Source: Sphingobacteriales bacterium JAD_PAG50586_3
GTDB taxonomy: Bacteria > Bacteroidota > Bacteroidia > CAMBQF01
Direction: 5' to 3'
Length of the DNA stretch: 64,000 nucleotides
Assembly (NCBI GenBank): GCA_023213195.1
Contig: CP096135.1
Span: 558,548-622,547, forward strand
Shown: one piece after another, positions 54,526-64,000 of the stretch
Position numbering within the stretch: the first letter of the stretch is position 1
How the letters are laid out: each line of letters starts with the position of its first letter
Notes under the pieces: generated by a model
Seen by the model: only the letters and a program-made list of their open reading frames with translations
Database searches by the model: none
Told to the model about the DNA's origin: nothing
Position numbers and translations under genes: made by a program

Positions 54526-57500
54526 TTAATTAAGCACAATTAGTTTCTGTCTCCAAACATGGTTGCCAGCATTGGCTTGTACCATGTATAAGCCAGCGGC
54601 AAAGTTTTGAGTGTTTATTACTGTAGTGCCTGTTATATTCTGATTTAATACTACACGCCCAACGGCATCAATTAACGATACCATAACAGGGGTATTACCC
54701 GTTAGCTCAATGCGTAAGTAGTTGGTGGCTGGGTTGGGGTAAAACCGTATAGGGTTTACCATATTTTCTTCAATGCCTACACAGTCAATTACCCTAAAGG
54801 TATCAATACCTGTGCAGCCATTATTATCGGTAACCTGCAACCAGTATGTGCCAACGGCAGTTACGTTTATAGATTGCGATGCATTGCCGTTTTGCCATAA
54901 GTAGCCGCTGTAACCCCCGGGGGCATTTAGCGCAAAAGGCAGGGCGGTTTTACAAGCTACCGTATCGTTATTTAGCATTAGTTCAAAGTTGATTTGGCCT
55001 TCGCCTATTGTAATGGTATCAGTAGCTGTTCCGCACCCGTCTGATACACTAACCCAATACGTACCCGGTGTGGTTGCCGTAAAAGTACTATCGGCAGATC
55101 CATCTTGCCACTCGTAATTATCAAACCCCGGACCAGCGTGCAGGGTAATAGGATTGAGGTTGCAGATAGCTGTATTAGGCCCCAGGTTAAGGGCAGCATT
55201 AGATAGGCCGCTTAATGTAATGGTATCGCGACTGGTGCAGCCGTTACCATCTGTAGTTTCTACCCAATAGGTGCCGGGTGCCGTAGCTATAATAGAGGTT
55301 GCTATGCTACCGGTATTCCATAAATATTCTTCAAATGGCTGTTGGGCCAATAGGTGTATATCGCCACAAATAGTAGTGTCATTTCCAAGTGAAACCTGCA
55401 CAGCGGGCACAGTAGCAAGGGTTATAGTATCGCGTGTTATACCACAGTTACCTGTTATGGTGGCAATAAGCAAACCTGCGCCTGTAGCATTAGTTAAAGT
55501 ACCGCTGCTGCCATTGCTTACAAAGTTGCCTGTGCCGGTATATTGCCAGGTAACAGATTGGTCGTTAGTAAGGTAAGGTACGTTGTAAGTAACCTGTTCG
55601 CCAATGCAAATATTGGTTTTGCCAGCTATAGAAGGTATATAAGGTTGCCCCAAACCTTGTATCATATTTGGGATGGAAAGAGAGATTAATCCTGAAATAT
55701 AGGCGTTAATTGTTCCCGGGGTATAATTGCAGGCAAGCCCTGCTGCATTAGGGTTTGCTATATAGTCTAGCTTGCTACTGAATAAAGAAGTAAGGTATAT
55801 TTTACCATTATTTGCGCGGGCCATTTGGCCATAAAATGTAGGCCCCTGATATGGGCTAACTACCGTTTTAGAAGCGCTTATAGCATTGATGTTGCCTGCG
55901 GAAAGGTTGTACTGCCATATCTCTAGCGGCTGCCAAAGGTTTACATATAACTTGGAATTATCGGGAGAAAACTCGAAGCTATGTGGCTGGTTATTTACTA
56001 CATAGCTCAACCAAATATCGCGTCCGTTAGTCAACGCACCGGTAGTGCGGTTAAAGTTTGCCAATACAATACTCCAAGGCCAGCTGCCAAGCATTGTGGC
56101 GGCTATCATATTTCCATCTGCCGAAAACTTCATTGGCCCAAGGCCGCTGCTGGTATTTTGCCCTATTTGAGATGAGGTAATGGGGTTGGTACTAATGCCT
56201 TGGCCGGTTAGCAAATACGCATAAAAATTGTTGCCGTTGCGCTTGGCCATTAATATCCAGATATCGCGGCCATTAGTATGGAACGTTCCGGTTAGCATTT
56301 CGCCCACATCATCGCGCACCAAAATATTTTTTGAACCCGAAACAACATCTCCCAAGCCGTTATTCAACGTCATATCTATAATACTGTAACGGATGCCATT
56401 TTCAACGTTATGCTCAACAGCATCGGCAGTAAATAAATAGTATAGATTGGGGTTGCCGGGAAACGGTGTTGCTTAAGGCACGATTGGGTAGTTGATATAT
56501 TCCCCATTAGCCCTGCACCATTTGGCATTACTTGTTGGTTACGGTTCCATACGCTTATTCCGTCTGAAAAGAATAATAGGTTGCCGTTGGGGTCAGATAT
56601 GGTTGTGGTACTTTCCTGGCCGCCAGCATTAATTGGGCTTGTGCCAACAGTAGGTTCGCCATTGCCATTGTTAAAATTGACTGATATATTGTTGAAGAAC
56701 CAATTTTGGTTCATGCCCGATATGTTGCAGTTGCCAATGGTAAAAAATGCTGTGGCTGAAGTGTCAGAACAAATTCCGTTGCTTGCTACAAGAAAAAGGT
56801 TATGCCCGCCCGGTGTGTTAAACTGTTGACTATAATTGGTATTTGCGTTTTGCACAATACCATCTAATACCCACACGTAGCTGGTAGCAGACGTTGAATT
56901 ATTAACCGTAGTAACAGTTTCGCCCACATTGTATGGAGAAGATGAAGTAATGGTATACGCTGCCTGCGCAGGGCACACCACGTTTACCATCATAGTATTT
57001 GAGTTGATACATTCTACACTACCATTGGTGGCAACAACCTTAATTTCGTAATTGCCTACTACGCCTGTAGGGCTGTGCTGGTAGGTAAAAGAATTGCCGG
57101 TACCTGCGGCTACACCATCTATATACCAAGTGTAGGTTGCGTTGGGTGCATTAATGGTAAAAACTACCTGCCCGCCTATAAATATAGTAGTATCGCTTGC
57201 GGTAAACTGCGCATTTAGGGGTGTTAAACATATATCATTACACCCCTGCGATTGCAATAAGCTGGCGCGGCTGGTTATCAGCGCCGCATTCATACGGTCG
57301 CATTGGTCTTGTGTAAAGTAGTGCTGGCATATCTGGTACCCATAGTCCATATAGTTACCAATCATATCATCTTGGTCGCCAAGGCCTCCATTGGCTATAG
57401 GCCTGTAGGGGTTGTTGGTAGAAAGGTCATCATCATCCGTATTACAAGTGTTTGGGGTAGTTTCAAAACAATTTACAGCAGCGGTAGAATTATCCGGGGG

Positions 57501-58307
57501 CGTATCGCAAACCCTATCACCATCAACCTGGCAATTAGAATTGCCGCAGCCCCCTTCAAACGTATGGTAAAGGCCCAGGTAATGACCAACCTCGTGCACA
57601 TGCACTTTAGAGTTATCATACGTATTACTGTTAAAACCTAATTGTGTGCCACCAAAAAAGCCGGCTTCGTTAACAATGCCATCTATAGCGCTACCGTGGG
57701 CCGATGGGAAATAGGCATACCCTGCAATGCCCGAACCCATAGAAAGGGAAGAAATTTCTTTAACCAACCATATATTAAGGTATTTGGTAGGGTCCCAACG
57801 CACAAGGTCTTTCAGTTCCAGGTCTTGCGTTTCTGATACCATATTGGTAAGGGTAGAAACCGTGCGGGTAATGCCGGTAGTAAAATTACCGGCGGGGTCT
57901 TGCTTGGCTAAGCAAAACTGTATGTTGCTATTTGCACCACTAGAGCCGCCCAAGCCGTTTGCAAAAGACAGGTTAAGGTCTGATATGCCTTGCAGTACCT
58001 GCGCGTTGCTAATATTTTCGGGCCCGTTGTTGTGTATTATATGCACTACTATGGGTATGGTAAGCACACCCGAACCGCGGCTTTGGGTGTTGAAATTTAA
58101 AATGCCGTTATTTATTTGCTGCGTACGCTGGGCATAACCCGGCGTGTTTTGCATTTGTATGCCATGCAAAACATCTGTTAAGCACCCCGGAATAACTGTA
58201 GGCGACGGTTGATTACTTGCAGGATTTGAGGATAGTATAGCTTGCCCTGTTTGCGCGCTAACTGAGATGGTAACAAGTAAAAGCAGTAGTAGATTAAATA
58301 CTTTCAT
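54526..58307 (-). CDS. M43 zinc metalloprotease with PKD, beta-propeller-like, repeat and T9SS C-terminal domains; paralog A, split near 56400-56475
   Basis: IPIVVHII, HEVGHYLGLYH, NYMDY, FYPNP..GLYMV CTD. Confidence 0.9.
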
Positions 58308-58459
58308 AGAGATTAGGCTGTAATAACGTTACCATTGTTGACGTTGGCGAATTACAAACTCTAAAACCCCCTACATCAGACATAAAGGTAGCAACAGCTT
58401 AATCAAAAAGCAAGCAGTTAAAGCAAAAATAATACACAAGTAATGTTAAAAACCAATAA

Positions 58460-58783
58460 TTACTTGCCTTTCAGGTTGGTAATTAGTGTAGACACTACAG
58501 GCTCTAGCGATGTAGCAGAACCTTCTACCAACTCGCCATTATTAAAAGTGGCAAAAAACGGAAGGTTATCCACACTGGCTAATTTTCTGGCTTCGGGGTT
58601 GGTTTCGGCATTTACATCAACAAACAAAACGCCTTCAAATTCGGGGCTTTCGCTCATGCGGCGAAACTTTGGGGCAAACAACTTGCAGTTGCCACACCAG
58701 TCGGCAAAATATTTAACAACCACCTTAGGGTTGTTTTGTAACAGGGTATTAAAATCAGCGTCGGTAGAAAGGGTAACAGCCAT
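58460..58783 (-). CDS. Thioredoxin family protein
   Basis: KYFADWCGNC, VDNLPFFATF. Confidence 0.9.
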   Translation of the reverse strand: MAVTLSTDADFNTLLQNNPKVVVKYFADWCGNCKLFAPKFRRMSESPEFEGVLFVDVNAETNPEARKLASVDNLPFFATFNNGELVEGSATSLEPVVSTLITNLKGK

Positions 58784-58924
58784 TGTAATATTTTTTGCAA
58801 AGTTATATAATCAATTGGTGGAATAACAAACCAGTTGAAATAGGGTTTAATAAATGATAATATTTAGGCTGTTTTGATTTTTGTTGTACCTTTGTAGACC
58901 GTTTTTTATAGATTAAATAGAGAC

Positions 58925-60542
58925 ATGAACGAAACAGGCATAAAGGCCGAAAATGCTACAGTAGCAACCCTTGGGTTAAAAAATGTAGCGGCCGCTTACT
59001 GGAACCTTACCCCATCTGAACTTGTTGAAGAAACGTTACTAACCACAGAAGAGGCTTATCTGGCTGATAATGGCGCGTTGGTTGTTGATACGTTAGAGTT
59101 TAAAGGCCGATCGCCTAAAGACAAGTTTGTAGTAAAAGACGAAAAAACAGCTGATACTGTTTGGTGGGGCGATGTAAACAACCCATTTGAACCCGAAAAA
59201 TTTGACCGCCTGTATAACCGCGTTTGCGCGTATTTAGGTGGCAAAGAGGTGTATGTTCGCGATGCTTACGCTTGCGCCGACCCGCGCTACCGCTTAAACA
59301 TACGTGTGGTTACAGAGTTGCCATGGAGCAACCTGTTTGCCAACAACTTGTTTTTGCGCCCTACCTACGAAGAAATTTTAAGCTTTGACCCTGAGTGGAC
59401 CATATTATGTGTACCGGGTTATTTAGCTGATAAAGAGGTTGATGGTACCCGCCAGCATAACTTTACCGTGGTTAACTTTACCAAAAAGGTTATCCTTATT
59501 GGTGGTTCGGCCTACACGGGCGAGATGAAGAAAGGTATTTTTACCATTCTTAACTACATTCTTCCACAAGAAAAAGGCGTGTTATCTATGCATTGCTCTG
59601 CCAACGTTGGTAAAGACAACGATACCGCTGTATTCTTTGGCCTATCGGGCACGGGTAAAACAACCCTTAGCGCCGACCCTAACCGCCGCCTTATTGGCGA
59701 TGATGAGCACGGCTGGACAGCAGACACCGTATTTAACTTTGAAGGTGGTTGCTACGCTAAATGTGTTGACCTTACCAAAGAAAAAGAGCCTCAAATTTTT
59801 GATGCCATACGTTACGGCACCCTGCTAGAGAATGTTAACTTTTACGATGGCACCCGTACGGTAGACTATACCGATACTACCAAAACAGAGAACACCCGCG
59901 CCGCTTACCCAATTGATTTTATTGATAACATCGTTACCCCATCGGTAGGCCCGCTTCCTAAAAATATTTTCTTTTTAACTGCTGATGCGTTTGGTGTTTT
60001 ACCTCCAATTAGCAAGCTAACTACCGGCTAAGGCTATGTACCACTTTATATCGGGCTACACGGCTAAAGTTGCCGGTACCGAGGTGGGTGTTACCGAGCC
60101 GCAAACTACTTTCTCGGCTTGTTTTGGTAAGGCTTTTCTTCCGTTGCACCCCGGTAAGTATGCCGATTTGCTTGGCAAGAAAATGAACGAGAACAACGTT
60201 AACGTATGGTTGATTAACACCGGCTGGACCGGTGGCCCTTACGGTGTTGGCTCTCGCATGAAGTTGAAATACACCCGCGCCACCATTACCGCTGCGTTAG
60301 AAGGTAAATTGGATGGTGTTGAGTTTAAAACCCTTCCGGGCTTTAACCTTGCCTACCCTACTACCTGCCCCGATGTGCCAACTGAACTGTTGAACCCACG
60401 CGAAACATGGGCTGATAAAGAAGCTTACGACAAAAAGGCTAACCATTTGGCCGAAGAGTTTGTAAAGAACTTTGCCCAATATGCCGATGGTTGCTCTGCC
60501 GAAGTTTTGGAAGCTGCACCTAAGGCCGAAGTACACGCTTAA
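58925..60542 (+). CDS. pckA: Phosphoenolpyruvate carboxykinase (ATP), split at a CCWGG site
   Basis: GRSPKDKF, YTGEMKKG, GLSGTGKTTLS, IGDDEHGW, NFEGGCYAK, SGYTAKVAGTE; break at CTAAGG 60028-60033. Confidence 0.96.
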
Positions 60543-60561
60543 TATTATTTTAGTTTGATAA

Positions 60562-60598
60562 GAAAATCCCTGTTTGCTGTTAGTGAACGGGGATTTTT
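60562..60598 (+). terminator. Probable intrinsic terminator after pckA
   Basis: GAAAATCCC...GGGATTTTT imperfect hairpin. Confidence 0.6.
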
Positions 60599-60613
60599 CA
60601 TAGTATGCCATAA

Positions 60614-61923
60614 TTGAAAACCCATCCATTTCATACAGATAATGCTAATGCCTTTTTAGAACAACTCATTGAGTTTTCTAAGGGGTTGGAGTTTTTTATT
60701 TTGCTTGATAGTAATAAGCATGCGCGTAGCAAGCAATCGGCCTTTAATAAGGGTTTGCATTTAGATAGCTACGATTGGCTAGCAGCATTTTACCCTAAGC
60801 GCATACTGGTTTTAGAAAACCCTTTAGGTGCGTTCGATTTGCTTAGCAAGTTTCACCAAAATACGTGGTTGGTGGGGTATTTGTCGTACACCTTAAAAGC
60901 AGACACTGAAAAGGTAGCCGATAACAAACCCAATACCCAGGACTTTGCCGCTATGGAGTTTGCAGAGCCGGGTTGTATTATTTATGCCCAGGGCGATAGT
61001 TTGGTAATGCTGTATGAAGAGAAAGTAGTACCATCACCACAAGATTTAATAAGCGGTATAGAAGGCATTCAAGTACCTGTAGAAGCAGTTAATGGTAAAG
61101 TTGAGGTTATACCCCGCATCACCAAAGAAGAATACATACAGCAGGTTAATAGCCTTAAACAGCATATTCAGTTAGGCGATATATACGAGGCTAACTTTTG
61201 CATGGAGTTTAGTGCAGAAGGCGCAAGTATCAACCCATACAACACCTATAAGCGGTTAACAGCAGCATCGCCCATGCCGTTTTCGGCATTTGTAAAAACG
61301 GGAGGTAACTATGTTATGTGTGCCAGCCCCGAGCGGTTTGCTAAAAAGGTTGGCAGCATGGTTTACTCCCAACCCATAAAAGGCACAGCACCAAGGGCCG
61401 CTAATGGAGCGCAAGATAAGGCCAATGCTGAAAGCCTTATTGCCAGCGAGAAAGAAAGGGCTGAGAATGTAATGATAGTAGACTTGGTGCGTAACGATTT
61501 AGGGCGCACAGCCAGAGTCGGCACGGTTAAGGTTGATGAGTTGTTTGGGGTATACCACTTCCCTAAGGTGCACCACATGATATCTACCGTTAGCGCAGAG
61601 GTAGCAGAGGGCATAGGCTTTGCCGAGGTGATTAAAAAGCTTTCCCTATGGGCAGCATGACAGGCGCACCCAAAATACGCGCCATGCAGTTAATTGATGG
61701 ACATGAAGCCGGGGCAAGGGGTTTATTCTCGGGCTCGGTTGGTTATATAACCCCCGATGGTGATTTTGACTTTAATGTGGTTATCCGCAGTATATTCTAT
61801 AGTAAGGAAACACAGCAACTATCATACTGGGCAGGCAGTGCCATCACCGCCAAAGCCAATGCAGAGCAGGAGTATGAAGAGTGCTTGCTAAAGCTGGAAG
61901 CTATAAGGCAGGTGTTGGGATAG
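60614..61923 (+). CDS. pabB: Aminodeoxychorismate synthase component I / anthranilate synthase I family, slip near 61640
   Basis: [51 protein letters not shown]. Confidence 0.85.
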
Positions 61924-61939
61924 AAAAATAAGCTTAGGA

Positions 61940-62017
61940 TGTCATCCCGAACTTGATTCGGGATCTAATATAACCGACAGTCCTTTCTATGGATGCTGAA
62001 TCAAGTTCAGCATGACA
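61940..62017. repeat. Paired REP-like element (two inverted palindromic units)
   Basis: TGTCATCCCGAACTTGATTCGGGATCT ... GGATGCTGAATCAAGTTCAGCATGACA. Confidence 0.75.
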
Positions 62018-62037
62018 ATTCATCATAGATAAAAAAG

Positions 62038-62065
62038 AAGCCCCTCCGTTTCCGAAAGGGCTTTT
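62038..62065. terminator. Hairpin between convergent pabB and DUF4476 genes
   Basis: AAGCCCC..GGGCTTTT flanked by A and T tracts. Confidence 0.55.
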
Positions 62066-62106
62066 ACAAATATTATTTAGTCTAATTACTGACTACTAAC
62101 TACTGA

Positions 62107-63273
62107 TTACTTGCTATTGATGAAGTCAGTTAACTCATCGCTTGATGATGAGAAGCTGAAAGCATCGCTAACCATGTAGTAGTTTTCTTTGTCAGAGCAA
62201 CGGTCGTAGGCCAGTTTGGCAAACGATAGTTTATCACCCTCAAAAGAGAATAACGCCATTACATCTTTAATTTGAGCAACCGATAGGCATTTGTTTTTTA
62301 AGAACGTTTTAGCCACGTTCATTTTACTGTCAGAGAACGATTGCTTTTGTATGCTGCCTTTTAGGTTGCCTATATCTGTAGACGATGCAGGGAAAGTGCA
62401 ACCGGTATTTGCCGGAGGGGTTGTGCTGCTTGGCGGCGGGGTTGTGTTTGAGCCTGTATTGCTTGGCGGGCGCGTAGTTACTGCACCTCCTGTGTTGGTA
62501 GATGAGTAAGTGGTAGTTGTTGTTGTTTTGGTGGTGGTAGTTGTGGTAGAACCGGCAGGCATATTAATGCCCATGTTCATGTCTATTGTACCACCCATAC
62601 CATCGTCAACCTTAACGCCACCGCCGGTAGCGCCCATGTTCATATCCATTTTAACGGTATTGCCGCTAGGGTCGGTAATGGTTTGGCTGGTGCTAACGCC
62701 TTTATCGCCACCGGTAACATTTTGGTTAATGCCAACTTTATCGCCACCCACATTGCTATTTACGTTTTGGTTTACAGTACCTGTGTTGCCACGGGTAGTA
62801 GTAGTGGTGGTTTGGGTAGTGTTTTGTATAGGGATAGTTTGTGCAGGGGTGTTTGGAATAGTGTAATCAGAACCGTATTTATCATCGGTATGAAAAGGTA
62901 CTGTTTGCGCGCTGGCAGGGCCACCTTTGCTTTCAGAAAAGCTGCTTACGCGTACTACCAATTTGCCTTTTTTATCTTTTTGGATGTTGTAGGTAGCATC
63001 AAAAAACTTATCGTCTACATCTTTTGTAAAAATGTTTTTGTCAATAGATGGAATGGTGTTATCGGCAAAAATTATTTTAGCACGGTAGTTAGGGTTAGTA
63101 AGGCCTGTAACCTTAACGTTGGCATCGGGCTTATCATTTTGTTTTATGCCATCCATAATAACCCAGAATTTTTGACCGTCCTGAGAAAAGAATGTAGCAC
63201 TTGCTGATGGTGTTTGAGCCGCAATATTAAAGGCAGCCAAGCCACAAAGTATAAATGAAAATAGAGTTTTCAT
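62107..63273 (-). CDS. Secreted DUF4476-like protein with Thr/Gly-rich linker
   Basis: Signal peptide; C-terminal QSFSDSKM..CLSVAQIK..FSFEGDKL.FAK.AY..C.D.ENY. Confidence 0.8.
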   Translation of the reverse strand: MKTLFSFILCGLAAFNIAAQTPSASATFFSQDGQKFWVIMDGIKQNDKPDANVKVTGLTNPNYRAKIIFADNTIPSIDKNIFTKDVDDKFFDATYNIQKDKKGKLVVRVSSFSESKGGPASAQTVPFHTDDKYGSDYTIPNTPAQTIPIQNTTQTTTTTTRGNTGTVNQNVNSNVGGDKVGINQNVTGGDKGVSTSQTITDPSGNTVKMDMNMGATGGGVKVDDGMGGTIDMNMGINMPAGSTTTTTTKTTTTTTYSSTNTGGAVTTRPPSNTGSNTTPPPSSTTPPANTGCTFPASSTDIGNLKGSIQKQSFSDSKMNVAKTFLKNKCLSVAQIKDVMALFSFEGDKLSFAKLAYDRCSDKENYYMVSDAFSFSSSSDELTDFINSK

Positions 63274-63297
63274 AAGGTATATTAAGTGTTTATTGTA

Positions 63298-64000
63298 TTA
63301 ATTAGCTTTTTTAGGGGTAGTAGTTTTGGTAGCCGGTTTGGTGGTTGTTTTAGTAGTAGTGCCGGTTTTAGTGCCTGCGGGTTTTGTATTAGCGGGCTTT
63401 GTAGAGGTACCGCCTGTGGCAGGTTTGGTAGTGCTCTTGGTGTCGTTAACGGGTTTGTCAGTAGTTGTTAACGGCGCAGCGGGCTTAACCATGTTGGGTA
63501 CTACATAGCTTTGCGGGGCAAAAGATATTTGCCTGCCATAAATAAGCTTTACATCAATCCTTTTGTCTACAAGGCTGGGTATTTGGTCGCAAAGGTCTAG
63601 TACTTTGTCGGCCATATCATCGCCAAGGCTTTTGTAAGTACATATAAGCTTGCTGTAGTTGTTTACTGATGTAAGTTCTAGCTGGCCGCCAAAGGTAGCA
63701 TCGGCTTTAAGCTTAGAGCGTAAATCACGTAAATCGCGGAAAGTGCCCATTTCGTAAAAGCGAAGCTCAAAAGGTGTTCCGTTGTTTACCCAATCGCCAA
63801 TGTAGGTGGTAAAGGTTTGCAATAGCTTGTCAACGCCAAGGTCTACAGCCTCTTTAATAGATTTGGTACTTATTTTACCATCGTCGCCATCTGTGCCCCA
63901 GGTGCTTTCCATTATAACGGTGCCAAGGCCTTCGCCGGTGCAGTTATCATACGCTTTGGCAACAATGTTGGTTTTAGATTCGGTACGGGTGCCAAAAGGA
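63298..64000 (-). CDS. Hypothetical (DUF6175-like) protein, 5' partial, with Thr/Lys/Pro-rich tail
   Basis: Open to the window edge; AKAYDNCTGEGLG motif; low-complexity C-terminus. Confidence 0.55.
   Translation of the reverse strand, partial: PFGTRTESKTNIVAKAYDNCTGEGLGTVIMESTWGTDGDDGKISTKSIKEAVDLGVDKLLQTFTTYIGDWVNNGTPFELRFYEMGTFRDLRDLRSKLKADATFGGQLELTSVNNYSKLICTYKSLGDDMADKVLDLCDQIPSLVDKRIDVKLIYGRQISFAPQSYVVPNMVKPAAPLTTTDKPVNDTKSTTKPATGGTSTKPANTKPAGTKTGTTTKTTTKPATKTTTPKKAN

Noticed and set aside
558-61923. Many split genes suggesting genome decay, programmed frameshifting or phase variation
   Set aside because: Breaks fall in homopolymers or CCWGG sites and hit core genes (pckA, actA, actB) whose sequences are otherwise well conserved, which is best explained as long-read consensus error.
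62291-63508. Plus-strand Val/Gly-rich ORFs and the many other short antisense ORFs in the track
   Set aside because: Shadows of low-complexity or codon-biased genes on the opposite strand, with no independent motifs.

Overview
A 64 kb chromosomal window from an aerobic Bacteroidota bacterium, judged from TAnnTTTG -7 promoters, T9SS cargo proteins and an alternative complex III/aa3 oxidase operon. It is mostly housekeeping: recA, an oxyR-like regulator, CCA/poly(A) nucleotidyltransferase, miaA, hldD, the futalosine genes mqnD/mqnB and a UbiA-like prenyltransferase, holA, actA-F plus cox II/I, a PiT transporter, pckA and pabB. Accessory modules include a TPR-AAA+ ATPase/TPR membrane protein pair, three paralogous small lipoproteins, a minimal KdpD/KdpE plus Kup locus flanked by two porins, a GRDP/DUF1399-like protein coupled to a protein with a 9-Cys tail, and two tandem M43 T9SS metalloproteases. 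The sequence looks like an imperfectly polished long-read consensus. Many genes are split either at homopolymers or at about 11 corrupted CCWGG sites, which points to Dcm-like 5mC methylation, so split genes are treated as intact. No tRNA, rRNA, CRISPR array, transposase or integrase was recognised. The best novelty candidates are the GRDP/Cys-tail pair, the Vps4-like TPR-AAA module and an unannotated 44-aa ORF in the ACIII-oxidase operon. Family names are from motif recognition, not database searches.
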